Below are positions 29,615-41,050 of a stretch of DNA of 64,000 bases, one piece after another (within the stretch, counting starts at the first letter, position 1; each line of letters starts with the position of its first letter). The notes below the pieces were generated by a model. It saw only the letters and a program-made list of their open reading frames with translations, did no database searches and was not told the DNA's origin. Position numbers and translations under genes: made by a program. Origin of the DNA: Candidatus Methanomethylicaceae archaeon GD_Cm_T35_P0_bin.15 (GTDB lineage: Archaea; Thermoproteota; Methanomethylicia; Methanomethylicales; Methanomethylicaceae); the NCBI GenBank assembly GCA_038801785.1, contig JAULTD010000001.1, positions 441,568-505,567 of the forward strand. Reading direction: 5' to 3'.

Positions 29615-31358
29615 TTAAAGACTAATTAGTCTTAACTTTTTCTTTAGAACAGAGGGTAAAATAAGCCATAGCCGATGTAAAGCATGCGGGATTTTTAGTT
29701 TATTACTTAATATATATGGCATAAGCGCTTCTGAAGGCATGACTGCAAGAGACTTTTGTACGCGCACTTCAAGAGTTTTATTACGTTTGTGTCGGGCTTT
29801 AGTATATGAAGGGAGTACGGATTTCATTATGTTAAATACTAACAGATAAGTCTATGTACTTAAAGACCGGCATATGACGTCGGGCGTTATATGTTGTGCT
29901 AAGATTTCTAAAGAGTATGTAATCTGCAGGCAGTTCACCCTTGAACTCAAGATCTATCTGATGCAGACCGTCATCGTTATGAATAATGTTTGAATAACCA
30001 AAATCAAAGGCGTACCCAGACAATATCGGGATGGCCAGCTCATCCCTACGCCCAGTATCAAATCTCCTGATGAGTTCCTCATAATATTTCTTTGCAAGTC
30101 TAACACTTTGTTCAAAATAGTCTTGTTGATATAAGATTTCGATTGCGCGGTAAGCGAGTAAATCGCCTTCTATCCACTTGGACTTAAGCACAGGCTCATG
30201 TTTAATTAAGAACTCTCCAACACGGTACTCAGCCTTATTGGCAAGTTTCGCTTCCGTTTTCTTCTCCACATGAAGCTCTGGTTCCAAATATAACGTCGTG
30301 ATAGAGTGATTACTTCGTTTACGCTGATTTATGAGAAATGTTTAGCGACCCATTTAGGCTCGGCGATTGATGAGGAATTAGTTCCAGCGAGTATAAGAAA
30401 TGACTTTGCAAATTCCCTAAGTAGCCCGGCATGAGACAGAGTTTTAACAGCAAGAGCTTCATTAAATAAATACTTCCTAGTTAAATCTCCGGAGAACGGA
30501 GTAGAAATCCAGTTATGTAAATAGTAATTTTCACCTTCATCAACATCACTAAATAGAGTAGTAGCAAATCTGTAATCCGGGAAACAATAGTAATGTTGTA
30601 ATTTGGAAAAACCGGCTAATTTCAGTTTCAAGTCTAATTCCCTTTTGCTAAAAGTGATTATCCCGGGTTTACTTGGGGATCCTTCGATACCATTAAAGAA
30701 CTTCCCAGTGAGATCTTCAGTGTAGCCACACCAGTATTTAATGCCCAGCCTATCTTCAATAGCGAGAACAAGAATCCCGTCAGGCCTTAGCGCGGTTTTT
30801 GCGTGTTTCAATACCAATAAAGCAGATCTCTCGGGCTCTGCAATATCAACAATTTTAGGTGAATACTCCAATACGCCGACTAATACCACAAGATCATACT
30901 CGGGCTTAAAACAAATGCGCATAAAATCAGAGTTATAAATTGTAACATTCTGTAAATCTCTGCACCTTTCACGAGCGATTTTTGATCGGATAAAAGACCC
31001 TTCTACACCTACCACATTACGAAAGTTTTCACCCAAATATCGAGTGATGGCCCCACATCCAGAGCCTAATTCCAGAACATTTAGCGCTTTAGGTAAATCA
31101 AGAGCTTAGTATATTTGAGCGCCCCATGCCGAGGTGACATCGAGTCGGCCAATCGCAAGTTTTCCTTTCGAGCTCTTCCGAATTATCTCGCAAATCACTA
31201 GCATTTTTTAATATGGCATATATTTGATTTTCAGTAAATGCACCATCGGAATATGTGAAAGAACGTTTATCATCAGTTAGAACATAAATACCGCTCTCCC
31301 AATCATAGGTAAAATCGTCAAGGGCATAACTGCCGTTAGTTTTCACCGAAGACACCAC
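29615..31358 (-). pseudogene. Fragmented SAM-dependent methyltransferase of polysaccharide-cluster type
   Basis: Four consecutive fragments; frameshift at ~31100 precedes VLELGSGCGAITRYLGE; VGVLEY, LAIEDRLGIKYW, FPDYR motifs. Confidence 0.75.
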
Positions 31359-31814
31359 ATAACACCTTATACTAAGCTAGATTTATTGGAACTTTAGCAT
31401 TTATAAAAAGAGGGGGTAATCCCGCATATTTTAAAAATACGCCTCACAAACGGATTAAAACACTAAGATCCTCATCGCGCGATTAAGAGCATATCCAACA
31501 TAGTGATTGGACCATCACTATCGATCAAACACGGCGAGTATTGAGTGAAGCGAAGGGTTCCGCAATTTAATTCGTGAAGTGAGCATCAGAAAAGATGAGT
31601 CGGCCAAGCGACAGGCTAACAATCAGAACATCCGCAGACACGGGGGTAAGAAAGATTAGTCCGCAGATACTGATGCGATCATCACGTTAGAATCAAACGT
31701 TCTCAATCATATATTTTGCAGATCATGCGCGACCTGAGGATAGAACTTTTGGAAGTTTAGTGTCTTAAACCGTTACTCTCCCCTCGAAGGGCAGAAGGCG
31801 GATCAAACCACAAT

Positions 31815-32137
31815 TCATCTGCCGTACAGAACCTCTATAATATATTTTGCGTAAGGGTAAAGCTGATCCAACTGTTTCCGGGACAGGAAAGCAGAAGATA
31901 CCTCGGCCAGGTCGGACTTTGACAGCAGGTTTAGTCGAGCATAAGCAAACAGAGACGGCCAGAATAACCAACGTTCCAATAATCCAATTAATGTGTAGAA
32001 ACACCATCATGAGCACTACTGATGAAGGGATTGCTGCAAGGATAAGGGAGGAGGCCCGACAGGCAGTATAGCCTATGCGGCGGATCATGAAGTATACCAC
32101 GAACAACGCAACGAATAGACCTGAGATGTAGGTGAGG
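31815..32137 (-). pseudogene. Relic of flippase 3' end (paralog of 27814-28139), frameshifted
   Basis: 92 bp (31843-31934) identical to 27842-27933; flanks diverged. Confidence 0.9.
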
Positions 32138-32266
32138 TTGCGGATCCTCCCGGTGGAGAGGCCGTCAAGGACGGCGACCTCGTTGGAAAGGGAGAGCGCG
32201 CGGGCTAGGCAGGAGCCGATGAAGCCTGCCCCGCTGGTGAGGAGGATCCTTTTTGCTGCGTATCAT
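32138..32266 (-). pseudogene. Relic of epimerase 5' end (paralog of the start of 26742-27695)
   Basis: MIRSK-RILLTSGAGFIGSCLARALSLSNEVAVLDGLSTGRIRN with a frameshift in an A run. Confidence 0.85.
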
Positions 32267-32321
32267 AAGGTCACCTCAGACATTAATGGTGTAAAAGTAT
32301 TAAAAAGAACCTATGCTTGGA

Positions 32322-32445
32322 TCTGAGCGGGGCAGAAAGCGAAGGGCGCTTGAGAACGGGATGGCGAATCGAAGGACGGGCTCAATATAATCCCCACCTA
32401 GTCATTGCGGCGGTGGAGCCGATAAGCTGTGAGGTGGCAGGGCAC
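32322..32445 (-). pseudogene. Relic of ydjM-like gene 5' end plus upstream region
   Basis: GAACGGGATGGCGAA...AGGACGGGCTC.ATATAATCCCCA...TGCGGCGG...GATAAGCT matches ~26560-26690. Confidence 0.75.
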
Positions 32446-32529
32446 CTTCAGTGGGGGCTACCCAAGATATTGAGTTGCTCCTTTTTAGTCTCAGGGCATC
32501 AGTGAGGATACGCAGTGTGCACGTCAACC

Positions 32530-33483
32530 TTATTTAATAATTTGTTTCCTAAATGCGCGTATTCTGCATATGGCAGCATATAAAAACCCAGCGAACCCGC
32601 TTGCATAAACTATAAACTCATCTAGGTTATCGAACTTATCGCCAGCATGAATTCTTTTCAGTTTGAGCGGATGAGTATCATGTGTATTAAACCCAAAATC
32701 GACAGTTAGACCAAAGTCATATCCCGCAGCCATACACAATTGAACCTCTCTATCAGAATAGTCGCCGTTTGGATATGCGATTGCGTTTATGATCAGACCA
32801 TACTCTTTTTCGAGTATGCGTTTCGAGGCAAATATTTCATCGTATGCTTCGTCAGTATTGCATTGCGTTAAGCAAGGATGAAATAAAGTATGAGACTGAA
32901 AGTTTACGTAGGGCAACATTTCGTAAATTTGCTTTTTTGACAAAGCGTGTGGAGTGTCATAGCCTTTTTCATTTTCGAACCCAATCTTCTTCAGGATTTG
33001 GAGTCGTTTATTATTTGAAACTTTTTTCAGTTGCTCAGTTGTAAGCGGCAGATATGCTTCGTTAGATTGTGCTTCTTTGAACCAAAAGTGTCTGTTAGTA
33101 TTTGCAATACCAGAACATAGGAATATTGTTATTGGAACACCATACTTTTTAAATATCGGAAGTAGATCGTAGTTGCTCTTATGCCCGTCATCGAAGGTGA
33201 TCACAAGTGATTTTTTGGGGAAGCGTTCTTTTCTTCTGTATAAATCGAAAAATTCGTTTAAGCTTATTATCTGGTAATTATTCACCAAGTATCTAAACGT
33301 TTTTTCTGCATTCTTAGGATCAATTTCATGAAAGAAGAGTATAGTAACTCTATTTTTTTGAAGGGTCTCCCTAAATATAAAAGGCAACCCCGAGAACCTA
33401 AGGCATAGATATATAAGGCGTCTGATCCGAATATTTTGCCTCGCATAAACCAGCAACTTGGTTAACACCTCTGAAATCGACAT
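32530..33483 (-). CDS. Polysaccharide deacetylase (CE4/NodB; IcaB/PgaB-like)
   Basis: ITFDDGH, FQSHTLFHP, IAYPNG motifs. Confidence 0.9.
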   Translation of the reverse strand: MSISEVLTKLLVYARQNIRIRRLIYLCLRFSGLPFIFRETLQKNRVTILFFHEIDPKNAEKTFRYLVNNYQIISLNEFFDLYRRKERFPKKSLVITFDDGHKSNYDLLPIFKKYGVPITIFLCSGIANTNRHFWFKEAQSNEAYLPLTTEQLKKVSNNKRLQILKKIGFENEKGYDTPHALSKKQIYEMLPYVNFQSHTLFHPCLTQCNTDEAYDEIFASKRILEKEYGLIINAIAYPNGDYSDREVQLCMAAGYDFGLTVDFGFNTHDTHPLKLKRIHAGDKFDNLDEFIVYASGFAGFLYAAICRIRAFRKQIIK

Positions 33484-33504
33484 AGTTTGATCGCTAGTCG
33501 CGCT

Positions 33505-34593
33505 TCACCACACGTCTGACTGAAAAAGAGACCAACTCTCACTAAATCTCGTGTCAACTCCACCAACGAAATATGCACTGTCGTTGAAATTAGAAGAGAT
33601 GGGCTTGATTAATAGGCCAGGGAGTTTGCTTTTACCGACTAATTTCATCGCTTTTAATAATCGTACCATTCTATCGCCAGAATATTTAAAACCACTTTTC
33701 CGAAAGTTCAATAACTCCCCCTGATTACGAGTAAAGACAGGCACCAGTATACTGGGGACCAATACTTTTTCAGATATTCCTTTGATTAGACGTATAAAGT
33801 GGTCCGACTTTAAGTATGCATATTCCATCAATGAATAATATTTATTGCTAGTTTTTTGCAATGCAAGATAGCCAGTAGTTTTACCTCCTTCTCTACTATA
33901 TGCATAAACATGTTCGTAAGGACTCCCCCCGAATCGCCAAGTATAAAATTCTTTGTCTCTGATATTGCGAATCTTACTCTTTTCCGTGAATGATTGCATT
34001 AAACTATATATCTCACTAATTTTTAATTCATTTGTAATCTCAAACATTACATTGTTTCGTTCAGACCTGATTTTAGCATCTGAATCACTCTCATAAATAA
34101 GCTTTTTCAAGCCATTTACTGGATAAAAAGAGTACATGTATTCCCGTTCACCCACAGAAATGAAGCCACACTTTAGGTAACCAGCGGTAGATGCTTCATT
34201 TGACGAAAGGCTTAGTAAAAATCGAATATTCGAATTTTCACGCATATCTTCGAAAGCATAGTTAGTAAGGCTGGAAAAAAGTCCTTGCCGCCTAAAATCT
34301 GGATGAACGATTGTGTCAGCTGAAATTCCGACCAAGAATTCGTCACTATTGCAGGTAAGCTTCTGAATTACAAAAGAACGCTGAGCGATAATACGATCCC
34401 CATAGAGAACGAGATATCTAAACGGTCTTTTAGTGTAGGGGTTGCTTTCATAAATCCACTCAACTAACTTTTTCCTCTCATTGAAATTTTTATTTCGCCA
34501 TTGAAGGCCTAGAAATTCAACTAGTTGATCTTTTAAACTAGAATCGTACCTACAGATGCGGACTTTAGGCATATCTTGCATTCCCCTTAGCAA
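33505..34593 (-). CDS. GNAT-family acyltransferase (tandem GNAT)
   Basis: DTIVHPDFRRQGLF acetyl-CoA motif; YESNPY and RDKEFYTWRF motifs. Confidence 0.85.
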   Translation of the reverse strand: MLRGMQDMPKVRICRYDSSLKDQLVEFLGLQWRNKNFNERKKLVEWIYESNPYTKRPFRYLVLYGDRIIAQRSFVIQKLTCNSDEFLVGISADTIVHPDFRRQGLFSSLTNYAFEDMRENSNIRFLLSLSSNEASTAGYLKCGFISVGEREYMYSFYPVNGLKKLIYESDSDAKIRSERNNVMFEITNELKISEIYSLMQSFTEKSKIRNIRDKEFYTWRFGGSPYEHVYAYSREGGKTTGYLALQKTSNKYYSLMEYAYLKSDHFIRLIKGISEKVLVPSILVPVFTRNQGELLNFRKSGFKYSGDRMVRLLKAMKLVGKSKLPGLLIKPISSNFNDSAYFVGGVDTRFSESWSLFQSDVW

Positions 34594-34854
34594 GTCTTAA
34601 CCATCAAAGCATCAACAGATAAATAAAAGATCTAAATTGTTCTCCACCTATCTTTTGTGGTAAATCATTGATAGTTTTAGCCGAGACTTCATTTTACTCG
34701 ACTATGTTTTATGTCTTTGCATTTGTATAATCTCCCCGTTTTTTCAACAGGAGTTTTGTTACGCCAAGCCAGCCCTCGACTCTATACGATGCTGTAGAAA
34801 CATCAGATATGAGTTTATTAGGTGTTTTATGTTCGCAAGCTATGCTAGTCAAAT

Positions 34855-35949
34855 CTAAAGATTTTCTATGACGGAGTTAATCTTATTAGATATTTTTTTC
34901 CAATCAAACAAGTCAACTGCCAATTTGCGAGATTGCTCAGACATTTTACAAAGCTCTTCATCGGATAACGCCTTAAGATATCGAAAGCCTTCAATAAGAT
35001 CGACGCACTTGTTAGAACGAGCTACAAAACCACAGCGATATTGTCTTGTTAAAAAGGATGCGTCACCGACATCAGTTACTAAAACGGGCTTTCCCATTGC
35101 CACATATTCAGCGAATTTTGTAGGAGCGGCTACGGCAGTTGCTACGTTAATTGGTCTTGGCAAAACCAAGACGTCGCAAGCCGCATAATACTTGGGAATC
35201 GCCTCTCTCGACATGCTTGGCAGCTTAATAATATCGCGCTTCCTCCAAACAGAATTACCACCGACTATAAGAAAAGCAAACCGTTCATCGTTTGTTGCAT
35301 GTGCAGCGTTAATAAATTCTTCAACTCCTTGCCAAGGTTGCATACCACCAATGTAACCTATCACGAATTTCTTATCAATACCAAGCCTAGTACGTGTTGG
35401 TTGGGCTCCATCGCCAATAGGTTTGAATCTCTCCAAATCGACGCCATTAGTTATATATTCCATTTTATCATAACTAGTGTCATATCTGATTCGATTATAT
35501 TGCATCATAGTTTTAGAAACACAAAAAACTTTATCAGACGTCTCCAAGGCAATTTTCTCCATTAAAAGAGCGGTGTTTGACAATATGTTTTTTTTCCAAT
35601 AGTCATTAGAGAGCAATAGTTCATCCCGAGCATAACCATGCATATCAAATATTTGTGGTACGCGTTTAACGCGTAAGCAAGAAAGGAAAGCAGGCAAACA
35701 CCTGTTTGCAAAAATCAGTTGGGGCGAGTGTTTGCGTATCAAAGCGTTTATTTTTACTGCTGCATCTAGTCTAAATCTAGAAACAGCCATAGTTTCATCA
35801 AAGTTATTATCGGTTGTTCGCCTGGTGCTTAAATTAATTAACTTAACATCATGGTTAAATGATTTAAGCATCTGCGTAATCTTTAATATGCGTATCCACA
35901 TCGAGTCTTGGGGATCACATGGGCCTATACAAATTGAAAGAATTTTCAA
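34855..35949 (-). CDS. Glycosyltransferase family 4
   Basis: NGVDLERF, GYIGGMQPWQG, PTKFAEYVAMGKPV. Confidence 0.92.
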   Translation of the reverse strand: MKILSICIGPCDPQDSMWIRILKITQMLKSFNHDVKLINLSTRRTTDNNFDETMAVSRFRLDAAVKINALIRKHSPQLIFANRCLPAFLSCLRVKRVPQIFDMHGYARDELLLSNDYWKKNILSNTALLMEKIALETSDKVFCVSKTMMQYNRIRYDTSYDKMEYITNGVDLERFKPIGDGAQPTRTRLGIDKKFVIGYIGGMQPWQGVEEFINAAHATNDERFAFLIVGGNSVWRKRDIIKLPSMSREAIPKYYAACDVLVLPRPINVATAVAAPTKFAEYVAMGKPVLVTDVGDASFLTRQYRCGFVARSNKCVDLIEGFRYLKALSDEELCKMSEQSRKLAVDLFDWKKISNKINSVIENL

Positions 35950-36255
35950 TTTTAATACTTTAATTAAGTTTTTTAAATATACGATATATCAAGATAAAGT
36001 TATCGTGGGTCTCCGGCATATATTGCATGTAATGAGGCGTTATGCAGAATAACCCTTCTTATGCAGCTCATAGTAGTAACACTAGACACGCGTACAGATT
36101 AGTTACAAATACAGGCACGAAAACGGAGGGTCTTTCTGCCAATAGAACGGCGCTCTCGACCCAATATCTATAAGATTAGAATTGCTAAACTAAAGAGATA
36201 GTTATAAAGGAGGGCATCATCTATAAATTTAGAGGCATAATTTAAATAAAAACAG

Positions 36256-38430
36256 TTATCCCCATATTTCGGAATATCCATTATCGTATAACTTATTTTC
36301 GACCTCTAGTCGATCAAGATAAACATTAAGCGGAAAGGCGACGGCTGTCGAATCTACACCTAATTTTTCAATAACGTTATAATACCTAAGGAAGACATGA
36401 CCAACTGTGCCGTCTTGTTCAAAAAAAGTTATGATATGACGGATGCTCGCAGGAGGGATGCCCCCCTGACTTATTAATCGAGAAGCACTGCCAGAATCAC
36501 AATAAATTATTGTTCCTTCAACCATCTGATTGCTTAACCAACTACTAGCACGAGATTCACCAGCATGGACATACCTTAAATGATAATCAGCGCCTGTGGA
36601 ACTCAACTGTACAGTACTAGGTTGGTTAAACAATTGATAGTGAAGACCACTAGTTACGGCAAAATAGGGAATTAAAACGAGAAGTATGATAAAGACGGCC
36701 CTCTTCATTTGGAATAATTTCGCTATTCGTATACCACCGAGAACGAAAAAAATAGATAGAACAGGCGTCATCATGAAAAAGAGACGGCCCATATCGTATA
36801 CTTTGAGACATAAAGGCACTACCACAGATACCATCAATATTGCAGAACAAACGCAAGATAAGATGAAAAAGCTAAAATCAAGTTTGGATTTTAGAAAAGG
36901 AGATTCAGATTTATGAGAAATAGGTAATGGATAACGCTTTATTAAAATACTAATTATACCTACCCCAATAAAGGCGATTGCCGCCCAAGAGGAGATGCCC
37001 TCTATCACGTACGGAATGCCTTTCGTAAATTTGGCGCCAAAAAGAGATGTCGCACCGCCGCGCGAACTAACATTAAAGAACTCATCGAAGCCCGTCAGAA
37101 TGCTATAAAAAGCGTGTGTGCCAACCTCAAGAGGGGCATAAGTAACATAACTGTACCAAATAAAGGCGATCACGGAACAACTGGCGATTACTTTTATTGA
37201 GATGGGATTTCCTGCATATTTTAGTGGGTTTGAGTCACGATCATCTAATTTACATGAGAGATCTAAGTTTGCTTTTCTAAAATTGTAAATAAGATTAACC
37301 GCTATCCACATAAATATAAGAATACCGAGGAAAATATAGGCGCTAGTATAATGCGACACAACGCAAGAAAAGGCAAAAATAACTAACAAAATGTTTTTTT
37401 TAAAGGTATGTATTTTATCATTAAATAGAACCAGAATAAAAATAGCAAAAAAGAGTATTGCAATATTAGTCCGGGCGCTAGCAGCGGTATTGAAATAAGC
37501 ATATTGTGAGATAAAAAAGAATGCGGCTAAATAAGAGTAAAAGTTTGTCAAGTATCTTCTCGATATGCTATACACCGCCAAGGGCGAAATTGAAAAGAGG
37601 AGGGGATACAATATTTTGAAAAGCGATTCGCTTTCCAGATTCAGAAACTCTAGGTAAACCGTGGGGAGCAGAGTAACGCTCAAGCAGGCATTTAGAATAT
37701 TGTTTTCGAACATTTCCCAGTGTTGAGCTTGGAAAGTTTTACGGAAGAAGTAGTATTCCCGATGTGTATCAATGCCGATTATAAAATCTGACCTTAAACT
37801 CAGCAATATCATAACAGAGATGCCTATGAGGAGCAGACTTAAGGGATAAACTCTGTCGGAAATCGATTTACGCCATACAGACATTGAGATTAAATAAAAA
37901 CATATAAGTAGTAGAAGGGCGATGGACATAACGTTATTATTATGTGTATTAAACACATAACTTCCAAAAACTCCGAGCAATGGAAATATACCAGCCACAA
38001 GTAAAGCGAATTTATCATTCATAGAAATGACTGGGTTAGGATAAGGCATACGATCTGCACCACGGTTTCGCAAATAAGAGAGAACCAGCAACACGATAAC
38101 AACCACATTAAATGGACCGAGGAGAGAGGATATAGCTAAAGGCGTGTTTGAAAATAAGGATCCTATCGAATTCATAATTAATCCAAAACATATCGAGAAA
38201 GCTATGCTTAGAGCTACGCTTAAGACGATTTTTTCAGTCACTGTAAGAGCGGGGATTTTTAGCCTAGAAAGAATAAGGGCGCCAGGGAGAATGGTTAAAA
38301 GAATAAAACCTGAGACCTGCCTAATAATTGGGATGTCAAAAATAATGCTGGCATTCGAAACTACTAAAAAGTTTAGTATAACTATTAAGTACATGCACGA
38401 TTTCGATTTCCAGCCTAATTTCAGCTTCAT
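36256..38430 (-). CDS. DUF2206-like large polytopic membrane protein (GT-C-like; candidate polymerase/transferase)
   Basis: Many TM helices; LPGALI, GIDTHREY, VVSHYTSAYI, C-terminal NKLYDNG. Confidence 0.8.
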   Translation of the reverse strand: MKLKLGWKSKSCMYLIVILNFLVVSNASIIFDIPIIRQVSGFILLTILPGALILSRLKIPALTVTEKIVLSVALSIAFSICFGLIMNSIGSLFSNTPLAISSLLGPFNVVVIVLLVLSYLRNRGADRMPYPNPVISMNDKFALLVAGIFPLLGVFGSYVFNTHNNNVMSIALLLLICFYLISMSVWRKSISDRVYPLSLLLIGISVMILLSLRSDFIIGIDTHREYYFFRKTFQAQHWEMFENNILNACLSVTLLPTVYLEFLNLESESLFKILYPLLFSISPLAVYSISRRYLTNFYSYLAAFFFISQYAYFNTAASARTNIAILFFAIFILVLFNDKIHTFKKNILLVIFAFSCVVSHYTSAYIFLGILIFMWIAVNLIYNFRKANLDLSCKLDDRDSNPLKYAGNPISIKVIASCSVIAFIWYSYVTYAPLEVGTHAFYSILTGFDEFFNVSSRGGATSLFGAKFTKGIPYVIEGISSWAAIAFIGVGIISILIKRYPLPISHKSESPFLKSKLDFSFFILSCVCSAILMVSVVVPLCLKVYDMGRLFFMMTPVLSIFFVLGGIRIAKLFQMKRAVFIILLVLIPYFAVTSGLHYQLFNQPSTVQLSSTGADYHLRYVHAGESRASSWLSNQMVEGTIIYCDSGSASRLISQGGIPPASIRHIITFFEQDGTVGHVFLRYYNVIEKLGVDSTAVAFPLNVYLDRLEVENKLYDNGYSEIWG

Positions 38431-38460
38431 GTTTGTAGATTAAATAAGTTTTCCCACCGT

Positions 38461-39642
38461 CTAACCATGTTCAACTATAACCGCTCGATACAGTTCTTCG
38501 ATCTCATTAAGAACGCTATTGAGAGAAAATTTAGAGCCCACCATGCTTCTTGAACGTTCCCCCATAATGCTACATTGTTCAGGATTACTTAGGAGATATG
38601 TCATTTGTGTACACAACTCGGAGACGCTACCATCTTTAAAAATTAACCCTGTTATGCCATCTTGTACAAGGTCTTGCATGGATTCTACATCTGACGCGAT
38701 AACAGGTCTAGAACAAGCATTAGACTCTAGCACCACCATAGGAAAAGCCTCATATCTGGAAGGCAACACTACAAACTCGGAATCAACGTATGCTTCGAGC
38801 TTTTCTCGACCATACAGAGGACCTGTCAACAATATAAAGCGATCCAACCCTAGGTAGTTGATTAAACCCTCGATTTCTGCACGATAGCCATCATCAGGAC
38901 CTGCAATCACAAGCCGAATATTTGTCAATCCTGTACGATTAATCAGTTGTGCGTAGGCCTTAATGAGAATATCAACACCTTTAATCCGATGAAGGCGGCC
39001 TATAAACAACACAATTCGTGCATCATTAGATAGACCTAATTTTCGCTTAAAGAAGTTCTTGGGAGGGAGTTCACCGTATGTCGAAAGATCGACGACATTA
39101 GGAATAATAGCTATTTTTTCTTTGGGCACCCCTATTTGCATATATTGCATTGCCTCAGAAGTTGTTAATGCAATACATCTCGAAGCCGATTTCATTATTC
39201 GATAACCGACTGAATAATCATAGATGGCTTTGAGCCATCCTTTCCCCATCATTCGTGGGAGCGATCCATGAGCCTGAAAGAGGAAGGGGATGCTATATTT
39301 CTTAGCGTAAAAAGCTATGAGATTCTGGAATGTCGGGTGTCCGTGCAAGTGAATCAAATCAAATCGCTCTGACCTGAAAGATGTGACCAACTCAGGGGTT
39401 ATGAAAAGATTCAAGTTTTTTACGAGCGCCATTGACAAATTACGCATGTACCGTACCTTCACTCCATCTATATTTTTTTTATTTTCAGGAATTCTAGTAA
39501 CGCGATCCTTGGCGTCAGAGGTAAAAACAGTTACATCATGCCCTCTTTGGCGTAATCCTTTAGAAATCAGATAGGCACTTGTCGCCACTCCTCCAAAGGA
39601 ATGAGCGGGAACAAAAAACGGTGCTACGTGAAGGATGCGCAT
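38461..39642 (-). CDS. Glycosyltransferase family 4
   Basis: MRILHV..FGG, FIGRLHRIKG, AGPDDG, PSRYEAFPMVVLE. Confidence 0.93.
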   Translation of the reverse strand: MRILHVAPFFVPAHSFGGVATSAYLISKGLRQRGHDVTVFTSDAKDRVTRIPENKKNIDGVKVRYMRNLSMALVKNLNLFITPELVTSFRSERFDLIHLHGHPTFQNLIAFYAKKYSIPFLFQAHGSLPRMMGKGWLKAIYDYSVGYRIMKSASRCIALTTSEAMQYMQIGVPKEKIAIIPNVVDLSTYGELPPKNFFKRKLGLSNDARIVLFIGRLHRIKGVDILIKAYAQLINRTGLTNIRLVIAGPDDGYRAEIEGLINYLGLDRFILLTGPLYGREKLEAYVDSEFVVLPSRYEAFPMVVLESNACSRPVIASDVESMQDLVQDGITGLIFKDGSVSELCTQMTYLLSNPEQCSIMGERSRSMVGSKFSLNSVLNEIEELYRAVIVEHG

Positions 39643-39669
39643 CCCTAGAACGATCTGACTCGATCGGCT

Positions 39670-39908
39670 CTAGTCATGACCTCGGCGCTAAACATCTACA
39701 CTAGTCCAGTAGTCCACATTCCATTGGGGCACACTGCCCACCACGGAGTAGGTTTCCTGCGGGGATGTGAAGGCATACTGAACGCTGACCCAAGAATCAG
39801 CAATAGTCGCATCGACTGAAGATTCGCTCGGTACTGCAGGGACGGCTCCAAGTGAGGCAATTACTGCAAGTATTAGTAAAAAAGAATACTCGCCTCAAAT
39901 TCAATCTA
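39670..39908 (-). pseudogene. Relic of the 5' end of the DUF1616 gene at 45266-46294
   Basis: Collinear diverged match to ~46057-46297 (CATG.CCTCGGCGC, CTGCCC.CCACGG.GTAGG, GTCGCATCG, CCAAG.GAGGC). Confidence 0.75.
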
Positions 39909-39997
39909 CATTAGTAAGCGTACGTTTTTGAGCATAACCTTCAACAAAAAGATTTCTCAAGAAGGTCTTTTATCAATAGGGGCACCAAACTATAGTT

Positions 39998-41002
39998 TCA
40001 GGTTTTTAGGAGATTAACTAAAGAGCATTTTATCCAAGAAAGAGGTCTAATAGCCAAATGATCAAATAAGTAAGTGGGCAAATTTACGCCTGTACACAGC
40101 TTAGTTATTCTATCCATTTCATCTGCGTTCAGGATGATATTAGGCGCCTCAGCGTTTGCAGCAACCTGATCCTCTGTCAGTGCTGCGGGTATTGGGGTAA
40201 ACCCCTTGTTAATAATGTAGGCTAACGCTAGTTGAGCGATACTCACCCCTCTTTCCTCAGATAGATTGCCTAGAAACTCAAACAAGGGAGTCGCTTTTTT
40301 AAGAAGAGATTGACGATTTACAAAATTAAAGGCCCTCGCCCTATCTTTTGCTAAGCGTTTGGCGTCATATTTGCCAGTCAATATCTCTCCTGCCAAGGGG
40401 CTGTAGCTAATTATTTCAATAGAATGTTTCTTGCAGTAGGGAATTATCTGTTGCTCTGCTCGTCTTGATAGAAGATTATATTCTATCTCATTAGCTATAA
40501 TTTCGCAGGAGGTTAAGTTCTCCTGAGCCCGTTCTAAGAGATAGCTACAGAAATTACTCACTCCAATATATCTAATCTTACCTTTTTTAACTAAGTATTC
40601 TAGAGTGCGAAAGGTTTCCTGGAATCTTATGAGGGGATTGGGATAATGTATAAGATATAAATCAATGTAATTTATACCTAATCGCCTCAGGCTACCATCA
40701 ACGGCTTTCACAATGTTATGCGATCTTAAATTCCATGGAGCGACCTTTGATACAATAACATAATCTTCCCTTTTGTAAGGTTTTAAGGCGTTGCCAAGCA
40801 ATTCTTCTGCTTTACCATTGCCATATGTTTCAGCAGTATCAAAGAAGTTGATGCCCTCATCCATACAACGACGAACAACTCGAACAATGGTATCATCAGA
40901 ATAGCGAATGCCGTGACCCCAAGCGCTGCAACCAAACTGACCTGATCCTTGACCCACTAAAGAGGTTTTTAAATCACTCTTACCAAATTTGCGATATTTC
41001 AT
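39998..41002 (-). CDS. Aldo/keto reductase
   Basis: GINFFDTAETYG, SLRRLGINYIDLYLIH, GVSNF, YSPLAG. Confidence 0.93.
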   Translation of the reverse strand: MKYRKFGKSDLKTSLVGQGSGQFGCSAWGHGIRYSDDTIVRVVRRCMDEGINFFDTAETYGNGKAEELLGNALKPYKREDYVIVSKVAPWNLRSHNIVKAVDGSLRRLGINYIDLYLIHYPNPLIRFQETFRTLEYLVKKGKIRYIGVSNFCSYLLERAQENLTSCEIIANEIEYNLLSRRAEQQIIPYCKKHSIEIISYSPLAGEILTGKYDAKRLAKDRARAFNFVNRQSLLKKATPLFEFLGNLSEERGVSIAQLALAYIINKGFTPIPAALTEDQVAANAEAPNIILNADEMDRITKLCTGVNLPTYLFDHLAIRPLSWIKCSLVNLLKT

Positions 41003-41050
41003 GGTTATACGATTGTAGACGCGATATTACTTAAGCACGAAATGATCGTT

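Noticed and set aside
31360..31810. AT-rich non-coding gaps in the cassette (also 29280-29610, 34600-34850, 35950-36250) as ncRNAs or IS ends
   Set aside because: No terminal inverted repeats, transposase fragments or clear structure visible by eye.
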